Assembly: GCA_963693365.1 (NCBI GenBank)
Contig: CAVNZM010000002.1
Location: 15,533,615-15,597,614, forward strand
Reading direction: 5' to 3'
Source of the DNA: Amoebidium appalachense
Taxonomy: Eukaryota; Protista; Ichthyosporea
DNA length: 64,000 nucleotides
Shown here: positions 40,668 to 53,388 of the stretch, piece after piece
Position numbering within the stretch: the stretch's first letter is position 1
Layout: each line of letters begins with the position of its first letter
Notes under the pieces: model-generated
What the model was told of the DNA's origin: nothing
The model's input: only the letters and a program-made list of their open reading frames with translations
Databases searched by the model: none
Translations under genes and position numbers: made by a program

Positions 40668-41224
40668 GGGGGCCTGGGCACACACACCCCTCCTTCCTCC
40701 CACCACCACCACCACCCAAATCCCATTCCACCCACGAGTCCGCCAATATAATATCACTTTCCATTCCTGCTTACCCCCCCTCCCCCCTCCCCTCCCACTC
40801 CACCCCCTGCGTACTTCGTACTCTATGGCGCATTCAACCCCCCCCCACCTCCCCCCCCCCCCCCCCCCCCCCCCCACCGCCCTCCTACTTTTGCAAAACC
40901 TGCATTATCTTGTCCATCGTGAATGTGTATATCGTTCTCTATGGCACGTTCTAACCCTCCCCCCCCCCCCCTCCCCCCCCCCGTCTTCAGTGATGCACGG
41001 AGACATCTGCTCGTCATTCCCCCTAGACGACATGCTAGCCTGCCACCGCAATGTCTATGTGGACCCCAGCAAGCCCCAGCACTTCACCGTGCTGGCTATC
41101 AAGGTAGTGGGTCCCCCCTGATGGGCTGTGTGCATGTGTTGTGATCAAATATTGTGTGTTCATATCGGCCATTCTTCCTTTTATACCTCGAGAATCTTTT
41201 GACTTGTATTGTGTGGATACATTC

Positions 41225-41256
<32 letters not shown>

Positions 41257-41380
41257 ACCCACCCACCCACCCACCCAACACCCACCCACCCACCCATCCA
41301 TCCTCCCTCCCCGTAATTGTTTGTTTTGTTTTTTCGGAACTGCAATTGGACCCCGACCCCCAACCCCTTGCCCCCCCCCC

Positions 41381-41411
<31 letters not shown>

Positions 41412-41476
41412 ACACGAGCACTGCACCCATACCTCACATCTATGTACGTTACACACATACTCACAACCACGGACAC

Positions 41477-41534
<58 letters not shown>

Positions 41535-41825
41535 TGACACGTGAGGCAGCCCAGCGCTATGGCTCTATGGTCGTCAACCCAACCACCAACGAGGTTATGC
41601 ACTACGTCGAAAAACCAGGTAACCCCCCCTCCCCCCTCCCCCCCCCCCCCCCCCCCCTCCCCCCCACGCACCCTCCTCCTTTCGAGTTATGTTGTGTGCG
41701 GTGAATGCGTACTTCAGATGTAATGCATATTAAACCCCAGCCAACCTACATCTGTGTCGCTGTCTCTCACACCCTCCCTCCCCCCCCCCCCCCCCCCCCC
41801 CCGCGCAGGGGTCCGTTTCCCCCAA

Positions 41826-41872
<47 letters not shown>

Positions 41873-42612
41873 TGCACACACACACACACACACACGATGC
41901 ACACACACACACGATGCACACACACACACGCGCGCGCGCCTTGACATTCTACTTATGCTACATACTCTCAGTATGTTTTTCTTTTTGTTTATCCTTATTT
42001 TTGTTCGTTGTGAAGCTGTTGTAATACTATACGCCACATAATAGTGATCCCCCCCCCCAGAGACCCCTATCAGTGACGTCATCAATGGTGGTGTCTACAT
42101 TTTCACTCCGGCAGTCTTTAGCCAGATTGGCCAGGTGGGGGCATGACTGTTCCCCCCCCCCCCCCCCCCCCCCCCCTCTCCCCCCTTTTCTCTCTGTCTC
42201 TCTGTCTTGCCAACCATCAATACACTCACCACCGGCATGCTTGTCCTTCCCTACCCCTCCCCACCCAACCCCGGCTCTCCATAGTCACACTTATAAGGTA
42301 TCTCTCTTTCTCCTCTCTTCTATCATCTCTCCTATCTACGTGTTTTCAAAGATCGTGCCATATGCAACCACAATTCGCCGATTTTCCCTGTTTTCATGGC
42401 AACAATTTGCATTCTGCTTTTTTGCTTAGGGGGGGTTTTTTTTTTGTCTGACTGACTTTTGGGCCCCACAGGTGTTCGTTCGGAAGCACACCCGCATGAA
42501 TCAGACGTATGTGCAACCCAACCCGCTTCCCCCCCTTCCCCCCCCTCCTACCTCAACACACCCACACACATGCACACACAATCAAACACAGGCAAATACA
42601 TGTGCACCCATG

Positions 42613-42670
<58 letters not shown>

Positions 42671-44666
42671 TCACTCTGGAAGTAGCCAAAGGGTTTATTA
42701 CATCGAATTCTCATTTGGACTCCCATTTGTGTGTGTGTTATTGTGTATGTGTGTGTGAGTGTGTGTATGTGTGCTCATGGAAGGTTAAGGGGCAACACAA
42801 CCAAAAGTAGGAAAAAGTAGAACTGTAGCCTTAATCTAAAGGGCTGGCTATGTGTCGGTATTATCTTCGAGATTTTTTGGAAATGTGACCGGTGCTGTTG
42901 TTGCTATTGTGTGTGGAATGGTTGAAATATTTGTGTGATACCTGAGAAGGTGTGGATGGGATCTCGCTGGTTGTGGGTGGTGTGAATGGGCGGTGGTATG
43001 TTGAGGGGGAAAAGGGGTAATGACGTGGTTTTTCCTTGGAACCCGCGGGAAGGAGAGGAGCGGTGGTAGGCAATTCAAGGGTGTTGGTGGTTTGTGGAAG
43101 GGGGGGGGGGGGGGGGGGGGGGAGGGGGGGGTTTATGCCGAAATTGGTCCATTCAAGCCGGGGGAACTGGGGTAATTTGGAACGTGTGTGGGAACAGTGG
43201 GTGTCATGGTCTGACGATTTGATTGGCTGCAGGCTCAGCACTCTGATCAGAAAGGAACTCACCATCAGCCAGGAGGTTATCATGCTCGAGCAGGTGTCTG
43301 TGTGTGTGGGTGTGGGTGTGGGTGTGGGTGTTTGTGTGGATGTGTGTGTGTGTGTTTGTGTGTGTGGGCGGGTGGGTAGGTGGGTGGGTGGTTGGGTGGG
43401 CGGGTGGGTGGGTAGGTGGGTGTGTGTGGGTGTGTCTGTCTATGTGTGTGTGTGTGGGTGTGTCTGTCTATGTGTGTGTGTGTGGGTGTGTCTGTCTATG
43501 TGTGTGTGTGTGGGTGTGTCTGTCTATGTGTGTGTGTGTGGGTGTGTCTGTCTATGTGTGTGTGTGTGGGTGTGTCTGTCTATGTGTGTGTGTGTGGGTG
43601 TCTGTCTATGTGTGTGTGTGTGGGTGTGTCTGTCTATGTGTGTGTGTGTGGGTGTGTCTGTCTATGTGTGTGTGTGTGGGTGTGTCTGTCTATGTGTGTG
43701 TGTGTGTTTCCTTGTGTGGGTAGGGGTGGGTGGGTGGGTGGGTGTACGTCTGTGCATGAGTGCGTGTGTGGATGTGGGTGTGGTTGTAGGGGGGAGTGGG
43801 TTTGGTCATGGTTGGTGCGAATGTATGTGCTTCGTGAGAGTGCCAATAGGTGTGCATGTGTCTGGGGCAAAAAAAAAAAAAAAAAAAAAAAAAACCGGAG
43901 GGACGGGTTATATGTTAAAAAAGAAAAAAAAAGAAAAAAAAGAAAAAAGGGGGGGGGAGGGGGGGGGGGGGGGGGGGGAGTTGGTGAATACAAACGAAGC
44001 AAAGGGGGGTTGGAGTGTGGGATGCTTACGCTGTGCACATGACAAAGAGCATCTGACCACACGGCAAATCAGTACATGTTGGTGCGTACCCCACGTACGG
44101 ATGGCAGCATCCCCTAACCCCAGAACATACACACGGACAAACACAGGCTGTGTGTGATCGTTCATGTCGTATGTTATGTGTTTCGTGGTGAATGTTTGCA
44201 CTTTGTGTTTTTACTAACTGTGTTGTTACCTTTCCTCCTCCTTCTCCTCGCCCTCCCTCTGTCCCCTCCCTCTTTCCCCCCCCTCCGCACGCACGCACGC
44301 ATGCGCGCGCACACACACACAAACACACACACACACACACACACAGGATGTGTTGGAGCCCATTGCCGGCACAGGGCGGCTGTATGCATTTTACAACAAT
44401 GACCCCTGGTGCCAGATCAAGACGGCTGAGTACGTTGTCTCCCCCCCCCCCCCCCCCCCCTCCCCCCCCTTCCAACCCTTTTTACCACGTTCCCGTTTCA
44501 GCACTCACAGGCGTGTGCACACACAGACGCACATGCACACACCCACCCTTCGACCCACCTCCCTCGGAGCCTCTTTCTATTCACTTTCTCTTCGCTCGTT
44601 CATCTCTCATACTCCGCTCCCTCTCTCTCTCTCTTTTTCCCCCTGCACTCTCTCTCTCTCCTTTTT

Positions 44667-44701
<35 letters not shown>

Positions 44702-44717
44702 TTTGTGTGTGTGTGTT

Positions 44718-44751
<34 letters not shown>

Positions 44752-45066
44752 CATGTTGCAGGGGGGGGGGGGGGGGGGAGCACAATTTTAACACTTACTT
44801 TCCATTGGCAGGACGGCCATGGTAGCCAACCGTGCCTACCTGCAGATCATGAAGGCCAAGAACTCACCTGCGCTTGCGCAAAACGAGCCCGGCAAACCAC
44901 AGATCACAGGCAACGTCATTATCCACCGCACAGCACACGTGGCACCGTCGGCAAAGGTGGGTTTCCTTTGTTCTTTCTTTCTTTCTCTTTCTTTCTTTCT
45001 TTCTTTCTTTTTTTTTTTTTTTTTTTTTTGGACTGTTGCGGTGTGTGTGTGGGTCCGGGGCCCTCT

Positions 45067-45100
<34 letters not shown>

Positions 45101-45416
45101 GGAGGTCTAAACAAATGTTTCCTCGTGTGCATGTGTGTTCCTGTTTCGGACGGCTTATACCTGTGCAAGGAGCCTTGTGTGCTTTGCGGGTGGGAGAAGG
45201 AGAGGGGTGGGGGCACAAGAGAGTGGATGTGCGCATCTTGGGAAGGGGGGGGGGGGGGGGGGGGGGGACGAGTTTGCTGACAGCTGGCCTTGTACAGATT
45301 GGGCCGGATGCTGTGATTGGGCCCCGTGTGCGGGTCGGTGAGGGCTGCAGGGTTGCAAATTCCATCATCCTGGACGACGTAAACCTCAAGGTCTGATACA
45401 ACCCCCCCCCCCCCCC

Positions 45417-45447
<31 letters not shown>

Positions 45448-45622
45448 CCTGGGCCAAATTAGATGCAGGTGGTGGCTTGGGCCCTCTCTGGGGATGGGTT
45501 CTTATGTTGCATACCACGTGTTGCTGTTGCATACCTGAATCTTTGTCTTGACATGTGTCCTGCACTGTGTTTCTCATTGTGTAGTTGTGTGCTGCTGTAC
45601 TGCATACCATGTTCCGCATTTT

Positions 45623-45657
<35 letters not shown>

Positions 45658-46091
45658 TTGCCGCTTGCACATACCACCATATTTTTCACTCGGAAGGTGC
45701 GAGGGTAGGTAAAAGTCTATTTCAGGAAGGAAAGGAAGAATCTAAGGGCACCTTCTTGACCATGATATGTTAATTTTATTTTGCACACTACATCCTTGTG
45801 CCCAGATTGTGACTCTCATCCAATCTTACTTTTCTTTTTCTTGGTTTTTTTCCTTACCTGCTGGATACATCTATATTTGAATAATAGTTATTAGTCCACG
45901 GTCCCTATTTTCTTTACCCCCCTCTCTAACAACCAATCACACAGCCGCATGCGTGCATTCTCAACAGCGTGATTGGCTGGCGGTCACGTGTTGGGCTGTG
46001 GGCCCGTGTTGAGGGCACCAAGGAGGCCAACCACAACGAGCAGGTCTTCTCGAGGGGCACAAAAAATCCAGGCATCACCACAATCGGTATT

Positions 46092-46124
<33 letters not shown>

Positions 46125-46342
46125 CTCTATCATAGCCGCTTGTGCAGTGGTTGTCTTGCAGCCTGCACCTTATTGTTGTTTGTGCTTTGCAATCTCTACA
46201 CGTGGGGGGGTTGCACTCATGACTGGCGTAGTTGGCTGATCAAGTGGGCACTCTAATCTCAGTGTCCTATTGTCCTGTTAGCAAACCCCCTAACCCTCAA
46301 ACACATACATCCCCCCCCCCCCCCCCCCCAAAAAAAAAAAAA

Positions 46343-46373
<31 letters not shown>

Positions 46374-46512
46374 TTAAAATAAAAATAAAATAAAGTAAAA
46401 TAAAATAATCATCCGCCCCCGCTTTAGATCAACCAACCAACCTACCTAACCCTCGGGCCTTCTCCTCTGTTCAAGCACATCCCCACACACGCACGGATGC
46501 ACATGCGCCCGC

Positions 46513-46599
<87 letters not shown>

Positions 46600-46702
46600 A
46601 GGCCAGGACGTGGTGATCGGCAACGAAGTGATTGTGCGGGACTGCATCGTGCTGCCAAACAAAACCGTTCTGGAGGACCATCACAACGAGATCCTTCTGT
46701 GA
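36550..46702 (+). CDS. GMPPA: Mannose-1-phosphate guanylyltransferase alpha, 14 exons: 36550-36592, 37921-38018, 39030-39139, 39769-39860, 40991-41103, 41534-41618, 42061-42134, 42472-42506, 43233-43293, 44347-44429, 44812-44956, 45298-45390, 45945-46086, 46602-46702
   Basis: Spliced product [20 protein letters not shown]...KPLFPIAG...[21 protein letters not shown]...HYVEKPET...WCQIKTA...hexapeptide repeats...CIVLPNK...NEILL*. The [13 protein letters not shown] motif distinguishes GMPPA from GMPPB. All introns GT-AG and in phase. Confidence 0.95.
38302..38430 (+). repeat. 5'-truncated copy of dispersed repeat unit 2 in GMPPA intron 2
   Basis: Near-identical to 1514-1637; ends aacacatacatcacca followed by poly-C. 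Confidence 0.9.
43421..43706. repeat. 28-bp minisatellite (tatgtgtgtgtgtgtgggtgtgtctgtc), about 10 copies, intronic
   Basis: Visible tandem periodicity in GMPPA intron 9. Confidence 0.85.
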
Positions 46703-47462
46703 GATTGCATAACATTCCATCTTGGTTTGCTGTGCATGACTTTCAGCCAGTCACGATTTGAGGCTTTGTGATGCTCCACCAATTAACTTTCAGAGTTCTT
46801 CGCATTTCAGCGGTTTTAGCGTGAGCTGTTTTACAAGGCATTATTTTGGTTTAATCGAGGAAGGTAGAAGCATGAACCGGATTCGTTTGTGTAGATAGAT
46901 GAATATATGTTCCAGTTTCGTGCAAGTTTGTTTTTGGTTGTAAACTTGTGTTCACAAGCAAGACATGGTATAGGGTCGTAGAGTGTGTAATCACGTGTTG
47001 CCTGTCGTTAAGGCATGGAAAAAATGGGGTGATGATTGTTTTTCAGTCATGTTTCGTGCTTTGCACGCGTGTGTTTACTTGGCAAGTTTTGGTCACAGAT
47101 ATCAAGTCGTTCGTGTGTGGGGGCGGTTACCCTCCATTCTTTGCTTCTTCTTCTTCTTCTTCTTCTTTTTTTTTTTCCTCTTTCGTCTCACGGGCAACTA
47201 ATAGGAGAGTGAACTGAGCTAGTCCTCAAACCGCATCATTTGCATGTACATATAACGTATAAGGTAGTTGGTGTGTGAGATTCCATATGCCACCCGGTGT
47301 GGTGCCATAGAAATTAACCCAACATACGTTTTAGTGTCTATGACATATATATTCCGTTTGAAATTCCCGGTTTTGTTCATTGTGCCCCACTGGCAGGCAG
47401 GGTTATTTTCTTTGCACACGTATCATGATGATGTACCAAGTGCCGTTGTGTGTGTGTGTCAC

Positions 47463-47503
<41 letters not shown>

Positions 47504-47689
47504 TCACGGTGCATGGCACGTACGTTGAGCTTGAAATCTCTAGACTTGGGATCATGCATGCCGGTGTGTCTTAGCAGGGCTGTAAATGGATGCCACATGT
47601 ACATGTCCGCGGTGAAGGCGCACGGTGTGTATGGGGAGTGGCCAGTCATGTTCGTGTGTGTGTATGTGTGAGTGTGTTTGTTTAGGGTT

Positions 47690-47720
<31 letters not shown>

Positions 47721-48016
47721 GGGGGGGGAGTGGGCGTACGTATGTCTGTTATATGTTGTATTTGTCCTGAAGGGTTGGGGGGAAGGGGGGGGGGGGGGCC
47801 ACAAGAATGTGTGCTCGTCTAGCTCTGTATCTGGATGCGACTGTAAGGCCGTGGGTATCGAGGGCATGATTTCCGTACGTATATGTCACCTGTGTGTGCG
47901 TGTGTAGGTTATCACAAGTTAGGCCAGACAGATCTATTTCATTGCAAGTGGGTGCAATTCGAAACACGTGTCTGCATGCATGTCTCCATGGTACGAAGAG
48001 AGAGGGGGGGGGGGGG

Positions 48017-48080
48017 TTGAATGCGTCATAAAGTAACTACACATGAACAGCGGATAACACGATGCAAAGTGCAAACCGTA
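48017..48080 (-). repeat. Short copy of the dispersed repeat unit 1 tail
   Basis: ttgaatgcgtca...cggataacacgatgca matches 29551-29620; poly-G on both sides. Confidence 0.8.
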
Positions 48081-48655
48081 GGGGGGGGGGGGGGGGGGGG
48101 GGAGGGGGGAGGGGGGGAGGGGGGGGAGGGGGGGGGGGGGGGGGGATGTGTGCATCAGAGGGTGGCAAACGTGAAGCATCTTCAAAGACCGACAAGATTA
48201 AAAGCCCAAAGCAAATGTGCAGGCGGAAGAAATATGAAAAAGTCCCTTAACCCTTGGGTTCAAGAGAGGGGTAGCTATAGGGGGGGGGGGGGGGGGGGGG
48301 GGGTTGGTTTGTGTGCATGAGTGTGTTTATGTGTGTGTGTGTGTTTGTAGGCCTAACCTGGGGTTCAACAAAGGGGTAAGTGTGTGGTGAGGGGGTCCCG
48401 GAGGGGGAAGGGGGGGGGGGGGGGGGGGGGGGCATCTTTTGTGTGTGTGTGTGTGTATGCATGTGTCTGAATGTCACGGTGTGTGTGTGTTTGTGCGTGT
48501 GTGTGTACGTGAGTGCTCGCGCATATGTGTGTGTGTGTGTGTGCATGCGTGCGCCTATGTGTGCGTGTGTGTACGCGTGTGTGCATGTGTGTGTGTGCTT
48601 GTACTTGTGCTTGTGTGTGCGTGCGCGTGTGGCCATGTGTGCGCGTGCACATGTG

Positions 48656-48691
<36 letters not shown>

Positions 48692-48904
48692 GATCTGTGT
48701 GCATGTGTGTGCGTGTGTGCGTGCGCGCGCGCGTATGTGTGTGTTGTATGTGTGTTTTGCGTTGTGTTAACGTTGGGTGGGGGGAGGGAGGGACGTGGTA
48801 ATCAGTTCAACGTGATAATTCACCAATAACGTGATGCGGGTGTGCACAACAAATGGACTCAGTGTTTCGCTCATTTGACGTGTGTGTGTGTGTGTGTGTG
48901 TGTG

Positions 48905-48937
<33 letters not shown>

Positions 48938-50103
48938 AGGAGGGGGGGGGGGGGGGGGATTGCTGATAATGCACAGTAAATTGGAGGGGAAAATATAAGT
49001 CAAAGAAGAACATGGCAAAGACATCGAATGGCATGCTGAGACATCCAAGCTATTATGCGGGGGAGGGGGGGGGGGGGGGTTGGTTGGTTAGGCCAAAGTT
49101 CACACATAAGGGCTGTCTTTTTCATCCCAACAGCACATTCCTTTTGATTGTGTGACGCAATCATTTCTAAGGACTTTTAGAGTAGGAGTTTCCCGAAGCT
49201 CAAAAACAATACATTAGCAAGAATGATTTCAGACAATAGCCCCAAGGATCCGGTTGTGCTACATGCCATATTACCTCTGTCAATTATACCGTTAGTATTT
49301 ATTAACTATATATATTGTCGCTGTTAAATATATATGGGGTGCATACTATGTGCTTATCGGTTCCCCCACCATACAATTACAGTTACATGCCAGCTATAAT
49401 TATGCAGATTCCCATAACAGTGTTAGAATCTCAAATCTTCACGACTCGGATTTTATAATCTCACCCCTTCTCCCCCCCCCCCCCCCCCCCCCCCAACACC
49501 CACCCCCCGAACCAACCCCCCAACCCGCCCCAGCCCCCCCCACCACCGTCCCTCCTCGAGTCCCCCCCTGCCCCTTCCCCCCCGGGAGACCCACCCACCC
49601 GCCCGCCCATCCTTCCTTCCCCTCCCCCCCCCCCCCCCCCCCCCCACTCCCATGCCCACCCCCTCCTTCCCCCCCCCCCCTCCCCCCAAAAAAAACCCCA
49701 CCCCCCACGTACTGACACACCCATAAAAGAAACAAAACCTACTCTCCTTTTGAATCCCCCGTTAGCTAATGCAACATATCCCACAAACCCCAAAACCTTT
49801 TTCAATCTGCGACCAATTCAACACGACCGTCGGACTGCCTGTATAGATATCTCGTTACGTCTGGCCCAAATTACACTGAGCGGAAAGAGGTAGAGCGAGT
49901 GATGGAACCCACATAGTAGCACGAAATAAAACGAAGAGTAAGGGGTGTTCTCACTGTGTGTTGCCCCGCTGTTGCTGTCATCATTCAGCCAAACCACGCC
50001 ACCAACTTGGACACGCGACCGAGCTCGATACTTCACTTTCCCCAAATGACACACAAGTTTTTTCATCGTAGAAATGCATGATGCAAGGTGTACAACATAA
50101 TCC

Positions 50104-50775
50104 TTACACCTTCGCTGTTTTCCTCTCGTTGCCCTCTTCATCCTCCGGAATTCCAAATGCTTTGAAACTGAAACGTCGTCCCAACGAATGCGTCGAACCC
50201 TGCCCCACGGAATCACCATGGGAGAATTGTGTTGTCTGCCCGCTTGTGTTGCGTTCGAAATAAACAACTTCGGAATTCGAAATTTGCTGTTCTCCAGTGT
50301 TTATGGCCATATTTTCCGAGTCTGTTACCGATTTGCTTCTTGGTCTCTGCTCGGTAGCTGTTACGGTCGTAGTGATGCCTGAGGTATGTCTTGTTGCAAG
50401 CGTGCGGTTGCTCATAATGTTCGTTTTCGAACTTATGCCGACACCGCTGGTGAAGGGAAACAGCGCAATTTTCGTTTCTTTCTCTGTTGGTTTATCATAT
50501 TTACCACCGTCCAGCGTTGCAGCAGACCATGCTGGATCCGATGGCTGTGTTGTCACTAACCCAGTCTTTCCGGAAATGTTTTCGTTACTGGCGTTTGCAC
50601 AACTACCTATTGTTGTGTTGCTTGTATGTTGTCCTTTATGAACACTAGATGCCTCGCGCCGCCTAACTCGGTGTAAACCGTAAAAGTAAAGTCCACAAAG
50701 GGACAAAGACAGGAGGACGAAGAAGCCGAGAAGGACGGCCAAAGCAATAATTGTGGTGTTGCAGGCAGATGGCAT
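50104..50775 (-). CDS. Single-pass membrane protein of unknown function with Ser/Thr-rich cytoplasmic tail; may splice further 3'
   Basis: 223-aa ORF with N-terminal hydrophobic helix IIALAVLLGFFVLLSLSLCGLYFYGL followed by basic HRVRRR. Confidence 0.6.
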   Translation of the reverse strand: MPSACNTTIIALAVLLGFFVLLSLSLCGLYFYGLHRVRRREASSVHKGQHTSNTTIGSCANASNENISGKTGLVTTQPSDPAWSAATLDGGKYDKPTEKETKIALFPFTSGVGISSKTNIMSNRTLATRHTSGITTTVTATEQRPRSKSVTDSENMAINTGEQQISNSEVVYFERNTSGQTTQFSHGDSVGQGSTHSLGRRFSFKAFGIPEDEEGNERKTAKV

Positions 50776-51970
50776 GGTTGAAATTCACTTTGTTTCTTGT
50801 TTCTTATTGGTCACTCGGTATGTGTTGCACATGTAGCTGTGTAGTGGTGTAACCTATGTATGGGAAGAGTGACACTTTTTGCGTCCTGAATGACCGCTTT
50901 ATATTTGCCATGGCCACGTGTACCATGTTTGTGCAAGTATACATGCGTTCAAGTATAGGCAAAATTTAGAGAGGTGTTTTACTGCATAGAAGGTGCTTAT
51001 TAATATTCCTCTGACAGCCGTATTTCAAATTTATTGTGCGAACATTTTGCATCCCGCCTGTGTCCTCCCTCGGGTGTTACACTGCTGTGCGTATGCATGG
51101 ATCCGACTCCAGTAAAAATATCTACTTAGTGCTTCTTTTTAGAAACATTGTTGTAGCATGGGCTACATGTATATGCATATGGCTCACAGAATTACCACAG
51201 GGGCTTAGACGGGCGTGTGGTACGGGCCCCTGTGTGTTGCTAGAAGGACACTGAAGACGAGCAAATCAATCCTTGTGCACTGTATTTCGTGTTGCCTCAA
51301 TGAAGCCGCGTATCATGTTTATTCGTGCTTCACGATGTCACTGGCTTGAACACGGAAGGATAAAACCATGTACATTCCTGGGGCTTTCTGGAATTACTGT
51401 ACCGCGGTTACCGTTGAAAAATTTAGGGCCTAAAGACGCCGTATAGTTGCCCTAATATAAAGAGAATATTTAAATCTAATGCAGTGACTCGGGCTGTCGG
51501 GCGGTGCCCATATCTTAAGGATCTTAGAATGGAGGCAGCGACCAAAAACTTCATTCACGAGCGGTGACACAATGATTTCACACCCTGGTCTGGTAAATAC
51601 TGTTTATCTCTGGAATGCAGTGGCTCTAGGATTAATTCGTTCTGGCACAGTTTATGGGAAATGCTCGAGCCAGTCGACGTCCTCCGACAGCGTACTCAGT
51701 CGCGGTGTGCTTGTGTAATGTGTGCTTTTGTGTGTGTGTGTGTGTGCGCGTGTGCGTGCGTGCATGTGTGTGTCTATGAGTCTGTGCGTATGCATGCGTA
51801 TGCATGTGTATGTGCGTGTGTGCGTGCGTGTTGCTCGCAACCGAATCCGGACCCCCTAGGTTTAATAGCACCTAAATTGGACCCCAGAACAAGCCCCCAT
51901 TGTTATATAATAGCTTTGTGTGTCACCGCGTGTATGTGTGTGTCAGTGTGTGTGTGTGTGTGTGTGTGCG

Positions 51971-52077
<107 letters not shown>

Positions 52078-52364
52078 GTGTGCGTGTGCGTGCGTGTGTA
52101 CATGTATATGGCTGAAATAATCGTGTACTTTTATATTTTTAAATTACACGGGAAGACGGTGTGTGTGCTGCCACCTACTGAGATGGCTCCTTATTTTTCC
52201 TTACACATTCAGCGAACACTGGACTCTATCGAACCGTCGAGGCGCCGCGACAGAAAGCATGCACGCGGTCGCGAGAGTGTAAGGAAAAATCGTCTGCAGC
52301 GAACGTAAAGTTCATCGCAGCGTCAGTACGTGTGAGGTGTGTGTGGGGGGATTATACGGGAAGA

Positions 52365-52397
<33 letters not shown>

Positions 52398-52868
52398 GGG
52401 GGGGGGGCGCATGTGCACTGCTGCAGCATGATCATTATGTTGCTTTTCCGTATGTAAAAAGTCTGCCGAAAGTGTGGGGTGACCAAGGCCCACACCAAAA
52501 AAATGCATACAGGGTGTGCACCATGGAGTCCCCGGGCAAAAAGGTTCTTTGTTCGGAGATTTTGCTTTGATAGTTCTGGGATTTTTGAGTTTTTCGTTGG
52601 AACTTGTTTTGTAAAGGTTTAGTGTATTTGATTGTTTTAGAGTGGCTTTTTTAGTTCTTAGTAATGAATTTAACAGTTTATATCTTGTTGCTTTCCTGTT
52701 GGACGTTGCCAATTGACAGTGTGGGTTTGACAGTAACTTGTTGTTTGGATTGAGCATGCCCGCCCCTCCTCCTGCCCCCCCCCCCCCCCCCCTACCTCCC
52801 CCCCCCCCCCATCCCCCCCTCCCCTCCCCCCCCCCCAAAAAAAAAAAAACATTCTCCCCCCCCCCTTC

Positions 52869-52943
<75 letters not shown>

Positions 52944-52999
52944 AACACACACACACACACAGTGGCACCACCCACACACCCACACACCCACCCACACAC

Positions 53000-53088
<89 letters not shown>

Positions 53089-53179
53089 AAGAGAGAGAGA
53101 CTCTGGAGAGAAAGAGGGGGAAGAGGCTCTGAGAAAGAGAGGGAGAGAGAGTCTTAGAGAGAGACAGCCTCAGAGAGTG

Positions 53180-53262
<83 letters not shown>

Positions 53263-53296
53263 GGCGCACGCACTGGCACGCACGCACGCAAGCACG

Positions 53297-53334
<38 letters not shown>

Positions 53335-53388
53335 GTCACACACACACACACACACACACAAACACAAACACATACACACACACACTGG

